Positions 45,521 to 53,789 of a stretch of DNA of 53,789 nt are shown here, in pieces; the first letter of the stretch is position 1, and each line of letters begins with the position of its first letter. The translations under genes and the position numbers were made by a program. The stretch spans positions 1 to 53,789 of the forward strand of contig JBEBDN010000146.1 in NCBI GenBank assembly GCA_041156945.1, read 5' to 3'. Below the pieces are notes generated by a model. The model ran no database searches. It was not told the DNA's origin and saw only the letters and a list, made by a program, of their open reading frames with translations. This DNA comes from Verrucomicrobiota bacterium (lineage in GTDB: Bacteria > Verrucomicrobiota > Verrucomicrobiia > Opitutales > UBA953).

Positions 45521-45686
45521 GGGTTAATTCGACTAAAAGACACCGCTTTCGCAAGTTTAAATGAGTGAAAACATTCCTTTATGGAGTTTATGATTAAAAC
45601 AATCATTAATTGAGGAAAATGGTCGGAAACTCAGGACGGAGGTCTTTGGGAGTGCCGTTCGGGATGAAAGCGGTCAAATAACGCTT
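45521..45686. promoter_or_regulatory. AT-rich divergent intergenic region (candidate promoters for the glmM operon and the DUF6807 block)
   Basis: 166 bp with a core of very low G+C (45540..45620). Palindrome TGATT-AAAAC-AATCA at 45591..45605. Confidence 0.35.
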
Positions 45687-46967
45687 ATGAACCTCGTCGG
45701 CGCGTGCCTACTCACTTTCTTGGCCGCTGGCGGCGAACCGGCCACGACGGAGCCCCCGCCGAACGCGTCAACCGCCGCGGAAAACGTCAGCCGCCTGCTG
45801 CCCCCGGCACCACGCCGTCGGTTGCATCAGCGCGTCGTTTTGGCGGGCGAGGAGGAAGCCCGCCGACTCGGGTTGAACCCCAAGGAACTTTATCTCGTCC
45901 AGGTGAAGGGCGCAGCCGTGGCCTGCCCTTTGCAGTGGGATGAGCGCACCAAGGAGCCGTATTTCCTGCTGCCGACGCAGGAGGCGGATCAATCGGTGGA
46001 AATCTCGGTCGTCCGGACGGAGCGCTACCAGGCCGGGGTCGGCGTCGAACACGCCTACATGGACGACCAACTATGGATGACGACGCTGGCCGATGGCGTC
46101 CAACGCCGGCTGTTCGCGTTCCAGCACGACGAAATCGTCCCGCCGGGCATCAAGCCGGTCTACAAGCGGGCGGGCTTCATCCACCCCGTGCTGACGCCCA
46201 ACGGGCAGGTCATCTCCGGAAGCTTCGCCCCCGACCACGCGCACCACCACGGGATCTGGACGGCCTGGTCGCACACCGATTTCCAGGGGCGCCATCCGGA
46301 CTTCTGGAACGTCCACCAGGAGACGGGGCGCGTCGAGTACCTCGGCCTCGGGCCCCGTTGGATCGGCTTGGTCGACTCGGGCTTCACCGCCAAGCTGCGC
46401 AGCGTGGACACGCGGACCACGCCGGCGACCGAGGTGCTGCTGGAGCAATGGCGGGTGGCCACCTACGTGCCCACCGCATCGGCCCGGGAAACGGTCTTCG
46501 ACCTGGAGACGGTCCAGCGCAACGTGACCACGGCTCCGCTGACCTTGACCAAGCATATCTATGGTGGGCTCGGTTTCCGCGGCCTCGCCAGCTGGACCGT
46601 CGAGGCGCCCCTCACGTTCGTCACCTCGGAGGGACAGGTCGGCCGCAAGGCTGGCGATGGGCAGCGGGCGCGCTGGTTCGCCTTCGCCGGCCCCACGGCC
46701 CAAGGTCGCGGCGGCCTCGCCATCCTGTCCCATCCCGCGAACGTCAACTTTCCCCAGTGGACGCGCTTCAACCCGAAGGATCCCTTCGTGGCCTTCACCC
46801 CCGTGCACGACGGGCCGGTGGCGATCCCGCCGGGGGACGCGTTGACCTTGCGGTTCCGCTTCGTGGTCTTCGACGGCGAACCCGACCTTCAGCGGCTCGA
46901 GGAACTTTGGCAGGGCTATGCCTACCCTGCCCGGGGCGTGGACAAGTCAAAACCTGCGGGTCAATAG
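45687..46967 (+). CDS. DUF6807 (PmoA-like) family protein with signal peptide
   Basis: 426 aa. Block YKRAGFIHPVLTPNG...FAPDHAHHHGIWTAWSH...DFWN matches my recollection of the DUF6807 histidine-cluster signature. Confidence 0.75.
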   Translation: MNLVGACLLTFLAAGGEPATTEPPPNASTAAENVSRLLPPAPRRRLHQRVVLAGEEEARRLGLNPKELYLVQVKGAAVACPLQWDERTKEPYFLLPTQEADQSVEISVVRTERYQAGVGVEHAYMDDQLWMTTLADGVQRRLFAFQHDEIVPPGIKPVYKRAGFIHPVLTPNGQVISGSFAPDHAHHHGIWTAWSHTDFQGRHPDFWNVHQETGRVEYLGLGPRWIGLVDSGFTAKLRSVDTRTTPATEVLLEQWRVATYVPTASARETVFDLETVQRNVTTAPLTLTKHIYGGLGFRGLASWTVEAPLTFVTSEGQVGRKAGDGQRARWFAFAGPTAQGRGGLAILSHPANVNFPQWTRFNPKDPFVAFTPVHDGPVAIPPGDALTLRFRFVVFDGEPDLQRLEELWQGYAYPARGVDKSKPAGQ

Positions 46968-47035
46968 GGCAAAGCCCTGCTCATCAGGTTCGCGTTCGAC
47001 AGGAACCTTCGGGCCGCTTCGATAGTCCCAACCCC

Positions 47036-50000
47036 ATGCAGCTCCGCCGGTCCGTCCTCGCCCTCGCCACCTGCGCGCCACTCCTGGTCGGCGCCGCGGA
47101 GAACGTGGACTTCAACCGTGACGTCCGCCCGATCCTTTCCGATCGATGCTTCGGTTGCCATGGGCCCGACGCGAACAAGGGCCGGAAGGCCGGGCTGCGG
47201 CTCGACGAGTTGGCGGGCGCGACCAAGCCGCTGAAGAGCGGCGAGACGGCGATCGTGCCGGGCGACCTGAAGCGGAGCGCCGTCATCGCGCGCATCAACG
47301 CGACGGATCCGGATGAGATCATGCCGCCCCCGGAACTGCACCGGCCGCTGGCGCCGAACGAGAAGGAAGTCCTGACGCGCTGGATCGCCCAAGGCGCGAA
47401 GTACGACCCCCACTGGGCCTTCGTCAGCCCGCGGGCCCACCCGGCGCCGACGGTCAAGGCCGCCGACTGGCCCAAGGATCCGCTCGACCGTTTCATCCTC
47501 GCCAAGGCCGAATCCCGCGGGCTCCGCCCCAACGCGCCGGCCGACCGCGCGACCTGGCTCCGGCGGGCGTCGCTCGTGCTGACCGGCCTGCCGCCCACGC
47601 CCGCTGAGGTCGACGCCTTCCTCGCCGACCGGACGCCCGACGCTTTCGAGAAGCGCGTCGACGCCCTGCTCGCCTCGCCGCGCTACGGTGAACACCTGGC
47701 GGTGGCCTGGCTCGACCTGGCGCGCTACGCCGACACCTGGGGCTACACGGGCGACAAGGGCATGTTCGCCTGGCCCTGGCGGGATTGGGTGCTGCGCGCC
47801 TTCAACGACAACCTGCCTTACGACCGTTTCCTGACCGAGCAGCTCGCCGGCGACCTCCTGCCCGACGCCACCCAGGACCAGCGGGTCGCCACGGCCTTCA
47901 ACCGGCTCCACCGGATGACCTTCGAGGGTGGCTCGATCGCCGAGGAGTTCCGGCAGGATGGCATCAACGACCGCGTGATGACGGCTGGCTACGCGTTCAT
48001 GGGACTCACGATCGAGTGCGCCCGCTGCCACGACCATAAGTACGACCCGATCTCCCAACGTGACTTCTTCTCCTTGGCGGCCATGTTCGGCGACCAGAAC
48101 GAGAACGGCCTGCTCTCCTTCCACGGCGAAGTCCCCCCGCCGTTCGTCCGCCTTTTCAAGTCCGACGAGGAGCGCGCCAAGGAAGGCCGGCTGCGCGACG
48201 CCGTCGCGACCGCCGAGCGGAACCTCGCGGCCGTCCCGCCGGCTCCGGCCTTCACGGGCGTGGTGACGGTCCCCGCCCCGGTGGTGCACCTGCCGCTCGA
48301 GGCCTTCACGAAGAGCGGCGTCGACAACGCCATCGCCGGCGGGAAGCCCGCCACGTTCGAGCGCCGCGGCTCGCCCGAGGACCTGCAGCTGGTGCCCGGC
48401 GTGCAGGGCCAGGCGGTCAAGTTCGACGGCGACGCCGGCTTCATCCTGCGCGACTTCCGCCAGGTCGGCCGCTTCGACCCGCTGACGTTCTCGGCCTTCG
48501 TGCGGCTGGGCGAGAAGAACGCGCGCGCCACCCTGCTGCACTCCACCGGTTTCTACACGGGCGACGGCGACGCCACGGGCATCGAGTTGCTCCTGGACCA
48601 TGGCAAGCTGCGTTGGAGCATGATCCACCTCTGGCCGAACAGCGCCGCGTCGATCGAGACCGTCGAGGAACTGCCCGTCGGCGCCTGGCGTCGCGTGACG
48701 GCCACCTACGACGGTTCCTCCCGGGCCGGCGGCCTGCACCTCTACCTCGATGGGCGCGAGATCCCGACGAAGGTGGTCCGCGACACCCTGCACGCGAAGC
48801 CCCGCGACAACGCCCTGGAGATCGCCACGCGCTCCCGCGACGCCGGTTTCCGCAATGGCTCGCTGGATGAGGTCCAGGTCTGGCGGCAGGCCCTGACCGG
48901 CGCTGAAGTCGCGACCCTCCACGGACTCGCGCCCGCGACGTGGCCGGCCGGCCTCGCCGGGGAGCACGCCCGCCTGCGCGCGGACGCGGCCTACGCCGCC
49001 GCCTGGGCGGACCTGCAGAAGGCCCGCCGCGCCTTGGCCGCGCATCAGGAGACCGCGCCGGCGTTCTTCGCCATGGAGCACTCCCCGCTCGCCCCGCCGA
49101 CCTACGTCCTCACCCGCGGGGAGTACGACAAGCCCGAGAAGGATAAGCTTTGCCCGCCCGGGGCGCCGGCGAGCATCCACCCTTGGGACGCGAAGCTGAG
49201 CCGCGACCGGCTCGGACTGGCCCGCTGGTTGACCGACCCACGCCACCCGTTGACCTCCCGGGTGGTCGTCAACCGGCTGTGGGCGCAGGTGTTCGGCAAC
49301 GGTCTCGTCGCCTCGACCGAGAACTTCGGCCTGCAGGGCGATGACCCGACGCATCCCGAACTGCTCGACACCTTGGCCGTGGAGTTCGTTCAAGGCGGCT
49401 GGAACACGAAGGCGATGCTCCGTCGCCTGGTCCTGAGCGCGACTTTCCGGCAAGCTTCCACGCCGACGGCCGCGGCCCGCGAGAAGGATCCGGCGAACCG
49501 CTGGTTGGCCCGCGGACCGGTCCTGCGGCTGACCTCCGAGATGGTCCGCGACCAGGCCCTGCTGGCGGCGGGAACGCTCGTCGAAAAGGTGGGCGGCGAG
49601 AGCGCCCAGGAGGGCGCCCGCCGCCGGAGCGTCTACACCTACCGGCGCCGCACCGCCCCGCCCGACAGCATGCTGATCTTCGACGCGGGCTCCCGCGAGG
49701 TTTGCCAGCCGCGGCGCCTGAACACCAACACCCCGCTCCAGGCCCTCGTCCTGCTGAACAACCCCGTCTTCGCCGAGTCGGCCCAGAAACTCGCCGCCAA
49801 GGTCACGTCGACCGCGGCCACGCCGCGCGAGCAGATCGCCCTCGCCTTCCGGACCATCTGCACCCGGGAGGCCCGGCCGACCGAACTGTCCGCCCTCGAG
49901 GAACTCCACGCGGCGCAGAAGGCCCTCGTCGCGGCGGAACCTCCGCCCGCGCCGGTGACCGACGCCAAGGGCAAGAGGACCTCGCCCCGGCGTCCCGATC

Positions 50001-50071
50001 CCGCGTTGGCGGCGCTGACCCGCGTCTGCGCCACCATCCTCGCCAGCGACGCCGCCGTGACTTCCCGCTGA
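47036..50071 (+). CDS. PSCyt1 (CxxCH) - DUF1549 - LamG-like - DUF1553 multidomain secreted protein
   Basis: Track ORF 46073..50071 trimmed to the ATG at 47036 (MQLRRSVLALATCAPLLVGA, signal peptide; 1011 aa). CFGCH encoded at 47147..47161. DUF1549 block YGEHLAVAWLDLARYAD. LamG-like block KFDGDAGF...LDEVQVWRQALT. DUF1553-like C-terminus. Confidence 0.9.
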   Translation: MQLRRSVLALATCAPLLVGAAENVDFNRDVRPILSDRCFGCHGPDANKGRKAGLRLDELAGATKPLKSGETAIVPGDLKRSAVIARINATDPDEIMPPPELHRPLAPNEKEVLTRWIAQGAKYDPHWAFVSPRAHPAPTVKAADWPKDPLDRFILAKAESRGLRPNAPADRATWLRRASLVLTGLPPTPAEVDAFLADRTPDAFEKRVDALLASPRYGEHLAVAWLDLARYADTWGYTGDKGMFAWPWRDWVLRAFNDNLPYDRFLTEQLAGDLLPDATQDQRVATAFNRLHRMTFEGGSIAEEFRQDGINDRVMTAGYAFMGLTIECARCHDHKYDPISQRDFFSLAAMFGDQNENGLLSFHGEVPPPFVRLFKSDEERAKEGRLRDAVATAERNLAAVPPAPAFTGVVTVPAPVVHLPLEAFTKSGVDNAIAGGKPATFERRGSPEDLQLVPGVQGQAVKFDGDAGFILRDFRQVGRFDPLTFSAFVRLGEKNARATLLHSTGFYTGDGDATGIELLLDHGKLRWSMIHLWPNSAASIETVEELPVGAWRRVTATYDGSSRAGGLHLYLDGREIPTKVVRDTLHAKPRDNALEIATRSRDAGFRNGSLDEVQVWRQALTGAEVATLHGLAPATWPAGLAGEHARLRADAAYAAAWADLQKARRALAAHQETAPAFFAMEHSPLAPPTYVLTRGEYDKPEKDKLCPPGAPASIHPWDAKLSRDRLGLARWLTDPRHPLTSRVVVNRLWAQVFGNGLVASTENFGLQGDDPTHPELLDTLAVEFVQGGWNTKAMLRRLVLSATFRQASTPTAAAREKDPANRWLARGPVLRLTSEMVRDQALLAAGTLVEKVGGESAQEGARRRSVYTYRRRTAPPDSMLIFDAGSREVCQPRRLNTNTPLQALVLLNNPVFAESAQKLAAKVTSTAATPREQIALAFRTICTREARPTELSALEELHAAQKALVAAEPPPAPVTDAKGKRTSPRRPDPALAALTRVCATILASDAAVTSR

Positions 50072-50075
50072 TCCC

Positions 50076-51512
<1,437 letters not shown>

Positions 51513-51540
51513 TCGCCGTCCGCCCGCTCTGCTCGGGCCG

Positions 51541-52833
51541 ATGTCCTCCGCGCCGCAGGCCTCCGCCGTCCAGCACGGCTCGTTCCGCCTCTACCTCGGC
51601 GCGATCGTCCTCGGCACCCTCGGCATCCAGCTCCAAGGCGTCGCCGTCGCCTGGCAGGTGTTCCGGCTGACGCGCGCCGACACCGAGACGGCGGCCCTCG
51701 CCCTCGGGGCCATCGGCCTGGCCGAGGTCATCCCCTTCGTGGCCGCCGTCCTCTTCGCCGGGCATGTCGCCGACACGCACGACCGCCGGCGCATCGCCCG
51801 ATGGGCGTTGCTCGCGATGTCGTCGCTCGGCCTGGTCCTCTTCGCCCAGAGCCTGCTGCGGCTCGAAGCCTGGCTGCAGCTAACGCTGCTCTACGCGATG
51901 GTCACCCTGGGCGGGCTGGCGCGCAGTTTCCTGACCACGGCCCGCCAGGCGATGATCGCCGAACTGCTCCCCCGCGAACTGATCGCCGGCGGGGTCCGCT
52001 GGCGCAACACGCTCTTCGAGCTGGCCTGCGTCCTCGGCCCGGGTATCGCCGGTGTGCTGCTCTGGTTGGGCGGCGAGCCGGTGACCTACGGCTGCATGCT
52101 CGCGTGCTTCGTCGGCTCGCTCGTCGCCACCACCCTGCTCCGCCCGGGCCAGAAACTTCAGTCCCGCCAACCCGAACCCATCTTCCAAAGTCTGGCGGTC
52201 GGCATCCGGTTCATGCTCAGCCAACGCGTCATGCTCGGCGCGTTCACGATGGACCTCTTCGCCGTCCTGCTCGGCGGAGCCGTCGCGCTTCTGCCCATCT
52301 TCGCGCAGATGCTCGGAGTCGGCGAATTCGGCTTCGGCCTGCTGCGGGCGGCGACCTCGATGGGCGCGGTGCTCATGTCCATCTACCTCATCGTCCGCCC
52401 GCCGCTCGAACGCGCGGGGCCGGCGCTCTACGCCTCCTTCGCGGTCTTCGGGCTCTGCATCATCGGCTTCGGCCTCTCGATCCAGCTGGCGGCGCTCCTG
52501 GGGCTCGGGCTGCAGGCGGCCTTCGTCTTCTCCTTCCTCTTCCTGCTGATCTCGGGCGCCGCCGACGCGGTCAACGTCATCATCCGCCAGACGATCCTGC
52601 AGACCACCGTGCCGCCGGAGATGATGGGGCGGGTCTCCGCCGTCACCGCGGTCTTCGTCGGCTGCTCCAACGAACTCGGCATGGCGGAGTCCGGCCTCGC
52701 CGCCCGCCTGCTCGGGACGGTCAATTCCGTGGTCTTCGGCGGCCTGGCGACCTTCGGCGTGATGGGGTTGACCCACTGGCGCTTCCCCGAGATCTGGCGC
52801 CTCCGGAAAGTCGGCCAGGAACCCGGCCCCTGA
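51541..52833 (+). CDS. MFS transporter (12-TM type)
   Basis: ATG at 51541 (MSSAPQ...) preferred over the track start at 51505, which overlaps the DUF1501 gene. Highly hydrophobic, with an MFS-like loop motif GHVADTHDRRRI between TM2 and TM3. Confidence 0.8.
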   Translation: MSSAPQASAVQHGSFRLYLGAIVLGTLGIQLQGVAVAWQVFRLTRADTETAALALGAIGLAEVIPFVAAVLFAGHVADTHDRRRIARWALLAMSSLGLVLFAQSLLRLEAWLQLTLLYAMVTLGGLARSFLTTARQAMIAELLPRELIAGGVRWRNTLFELACVLGPGIAGVLLWLGGEPVTYGCMLACFVGSLVATTLLRPGQKLQSRQPEPIFQSLAVGIRFMLSQRVMLGAFTMDLFAVLLGGAVALLPIFAQMLGVGEFGFGLLRAATSMGAVLMSIYLIVRPPLERAGPALYASFAVFGLCIIGFGLSIQLAALLGLGLQAAFVFSFLFLLISGAADAVNVIIRQTILQTTVPPEMMGRVSAVTAVFVGCSNELGMAESGLAARLLGTVNSVVFGGLATFGVMGLTHWRFPEIWRLRKVGQEPGP

Positions 52834-52884
52834 GGCACTTGGGCTTGTCAGGTCGTGGGCGTCTGGTTCATTCGAGCCACCCCC

Positions 52885-53789
52885 CATGAGCCCCCTCCGC
52901 ACCCTCCTTCCCTGCCTCCTGCTCGGACTGACCACCGTGGCCTCCGCCCAGACCGCGGCGCCCAAGTCCGCCGCGCCGACCAAGGACTGGAATGCCCAGT
53001 ACGTCCTCGGACCCGACTCGCAGGAAAAGGCCGGCGTCCCCAAGGGCGTGGTCACCAAGTTCCGCCTCGAGGACTCGAAGACCTTCCCCGGCTACGGCCG
53101 CGAGTGGGCGCTCTATGTGCCGTCGCAGTATGACGGCAAGAAGGACGCCTGCCTCATGGTCTTCCAGGATGGCATGGGCTACATCGGCCCCAAGGGCAAC
53201 TGGCGGGTCGCGACGGTCTTCGACAACCTCATCGCCGAAGGGAAGATGCCCGTGACGATCGCCCTCTTCATCAATCCGGGCTTCGCGCCAGACAAGAACA
53301 ACCCGACCGGCAAGGGCAAGGACGGCAAGCCGCTCGGCAAGTCCAACCGCTCATTCGAGTACGACAGCGTCACCGACAAGTACGTGACCTTCCTCCTCGA
53401 GGAGATGATCCCGCTCGTCGAGTCCAAGGGCTACAAGGTCTCCAAGGACCCGAAGCGTCGCGGCATCGCCGGCGCCTCCTCGGGCGGCATCTGCGCCTTC
53501 AACGCCGCCTGGCACCGCCCGGACGCCTTCAGCAAGGTCTTCACGACGATCGGCAGCTTCACCAACATCCGTGGCGTGCTGTCCAACGGCAAGGAAGTCG
53601 GCGGCGACCAGTTCCCGCGGATGGTCATGGAGAGCCCCAAGAAGGATATCCGCATCTACTCCCAGGACGGCACGCACGACCTGACCAACCAGTTCGGCGT
53701 CTGGCCCGAGGCCAACCAGAAGATGGCCGACGCCTGGAAGGCCAAGGGCTACGACTACCAGTTCGTCATGGGCGAAGGCACGCACGACG
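52885..53789 (+). CDS. Secreted esterase (PF00756-like putative esterase/enterochelin-esterase-like fold), 3'-truncated by the window end
   Basis: Not in the ORF track because it has no stop inside the window. I translated it from the ATG at 52885: MSPLRTLLPCLLLGLTTVASAQ (signal)...REWALYVPSQYDG...GIAGASSGG (GxSxG)...; the frame stays open to 53789. Confidence 0.85.

Noticed and set aside
45561-45613. Two overlapping 10-codon mini-ORFs (MSENIPLWSL and MEFMIKTIIN) as leader peptides
   Set aside because: They lie in an AT-rich spacer where short ORFs arise by chance. There is no SD or favourable start context and no regulatory codon runs. I noted them only inside the AT-island finding.
52855-53133. 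92-aa ORF from the track at the start of the last gene region
   Set aside because: It overlaps, in a different frame, the much better supported esterase reading frame that starts at 52885 and stays open to the window end.
51541-53789. MFS exporter plus enterochelin-esterase-like protein as a siderophore module
   Set aside because: The esterase fold family is broad and includes many carbohydrate esterases. There is no TonB receptor, NRPS or Fe-uptake gene nearby. The idea is unsupported by the sequence.

Overview
High-GC (about two-thirds G+C by eye), almost fully coding chromosomal window with about 43 CDS and two tRNA-Lys genes. No rRNA, CRISPR array, transposase or integrase is visible. 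The gene content points to the PVC superphylum, most like a Verrucomicrobiota/Opitutae-type genome. The markers are a PSCyt1-DUF1549-DUF1553 giant paired with a TAT-exported DUF1501 protein, a PVC-type CxxCH/HEAT giant, and a DUF6807 protein. Most of the window is housekeeping. It holds panE-nadB, hisF, dtd, menF, metG and a 7-gene rhamnose-to-pyruvate operon (DeoR regulator, aldolase paralog, rhaB, bifunctional aldolase/SDR, lutABC). From 25 to 45.5 kb there is a striking run of cell-envelope genes: amidase, murJ, uppP, mreBCD-mrdA, L,D-transpeptidase, asd and glmM/glmU-like/glmS. These are interleaved with hisS, HU/IHF, yicC, trpB and a TrmH-family methyltransferase. Many very long ORFs in the supplied track are antisense or upstream-extended GC shadows, and I trimmed or rejected them. 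Honest verdict: I do not see a convincing self-contained novel system. There are no defence-island hallmarks such as nuclease/ATPase/RT/TA pairs or mobility genes. The best candidates for a second look are as follows. (1) The DUF6807 / PSCyt1-DUF1549-LamG-DUF1553 / DUF1501 / MFS / esterase block at 45.7-53.8 kb. (2) An orphan tandem CxxC zinc-ribbon ORF converging on a tRNA-Lys pair. (3) A GlmU-like protein with a degenerate nucleotidyltransferase half, sitting between glmM and glmS. (4) An uncharacterised 594-aa protein, plus an S9 peptidase translationally coupled to a small membrane protein. (5) A window-wide CC-ATG start context with very few Shine-Dalgarno sites. All functional calls come from motif recognition by eye; no searches were run.
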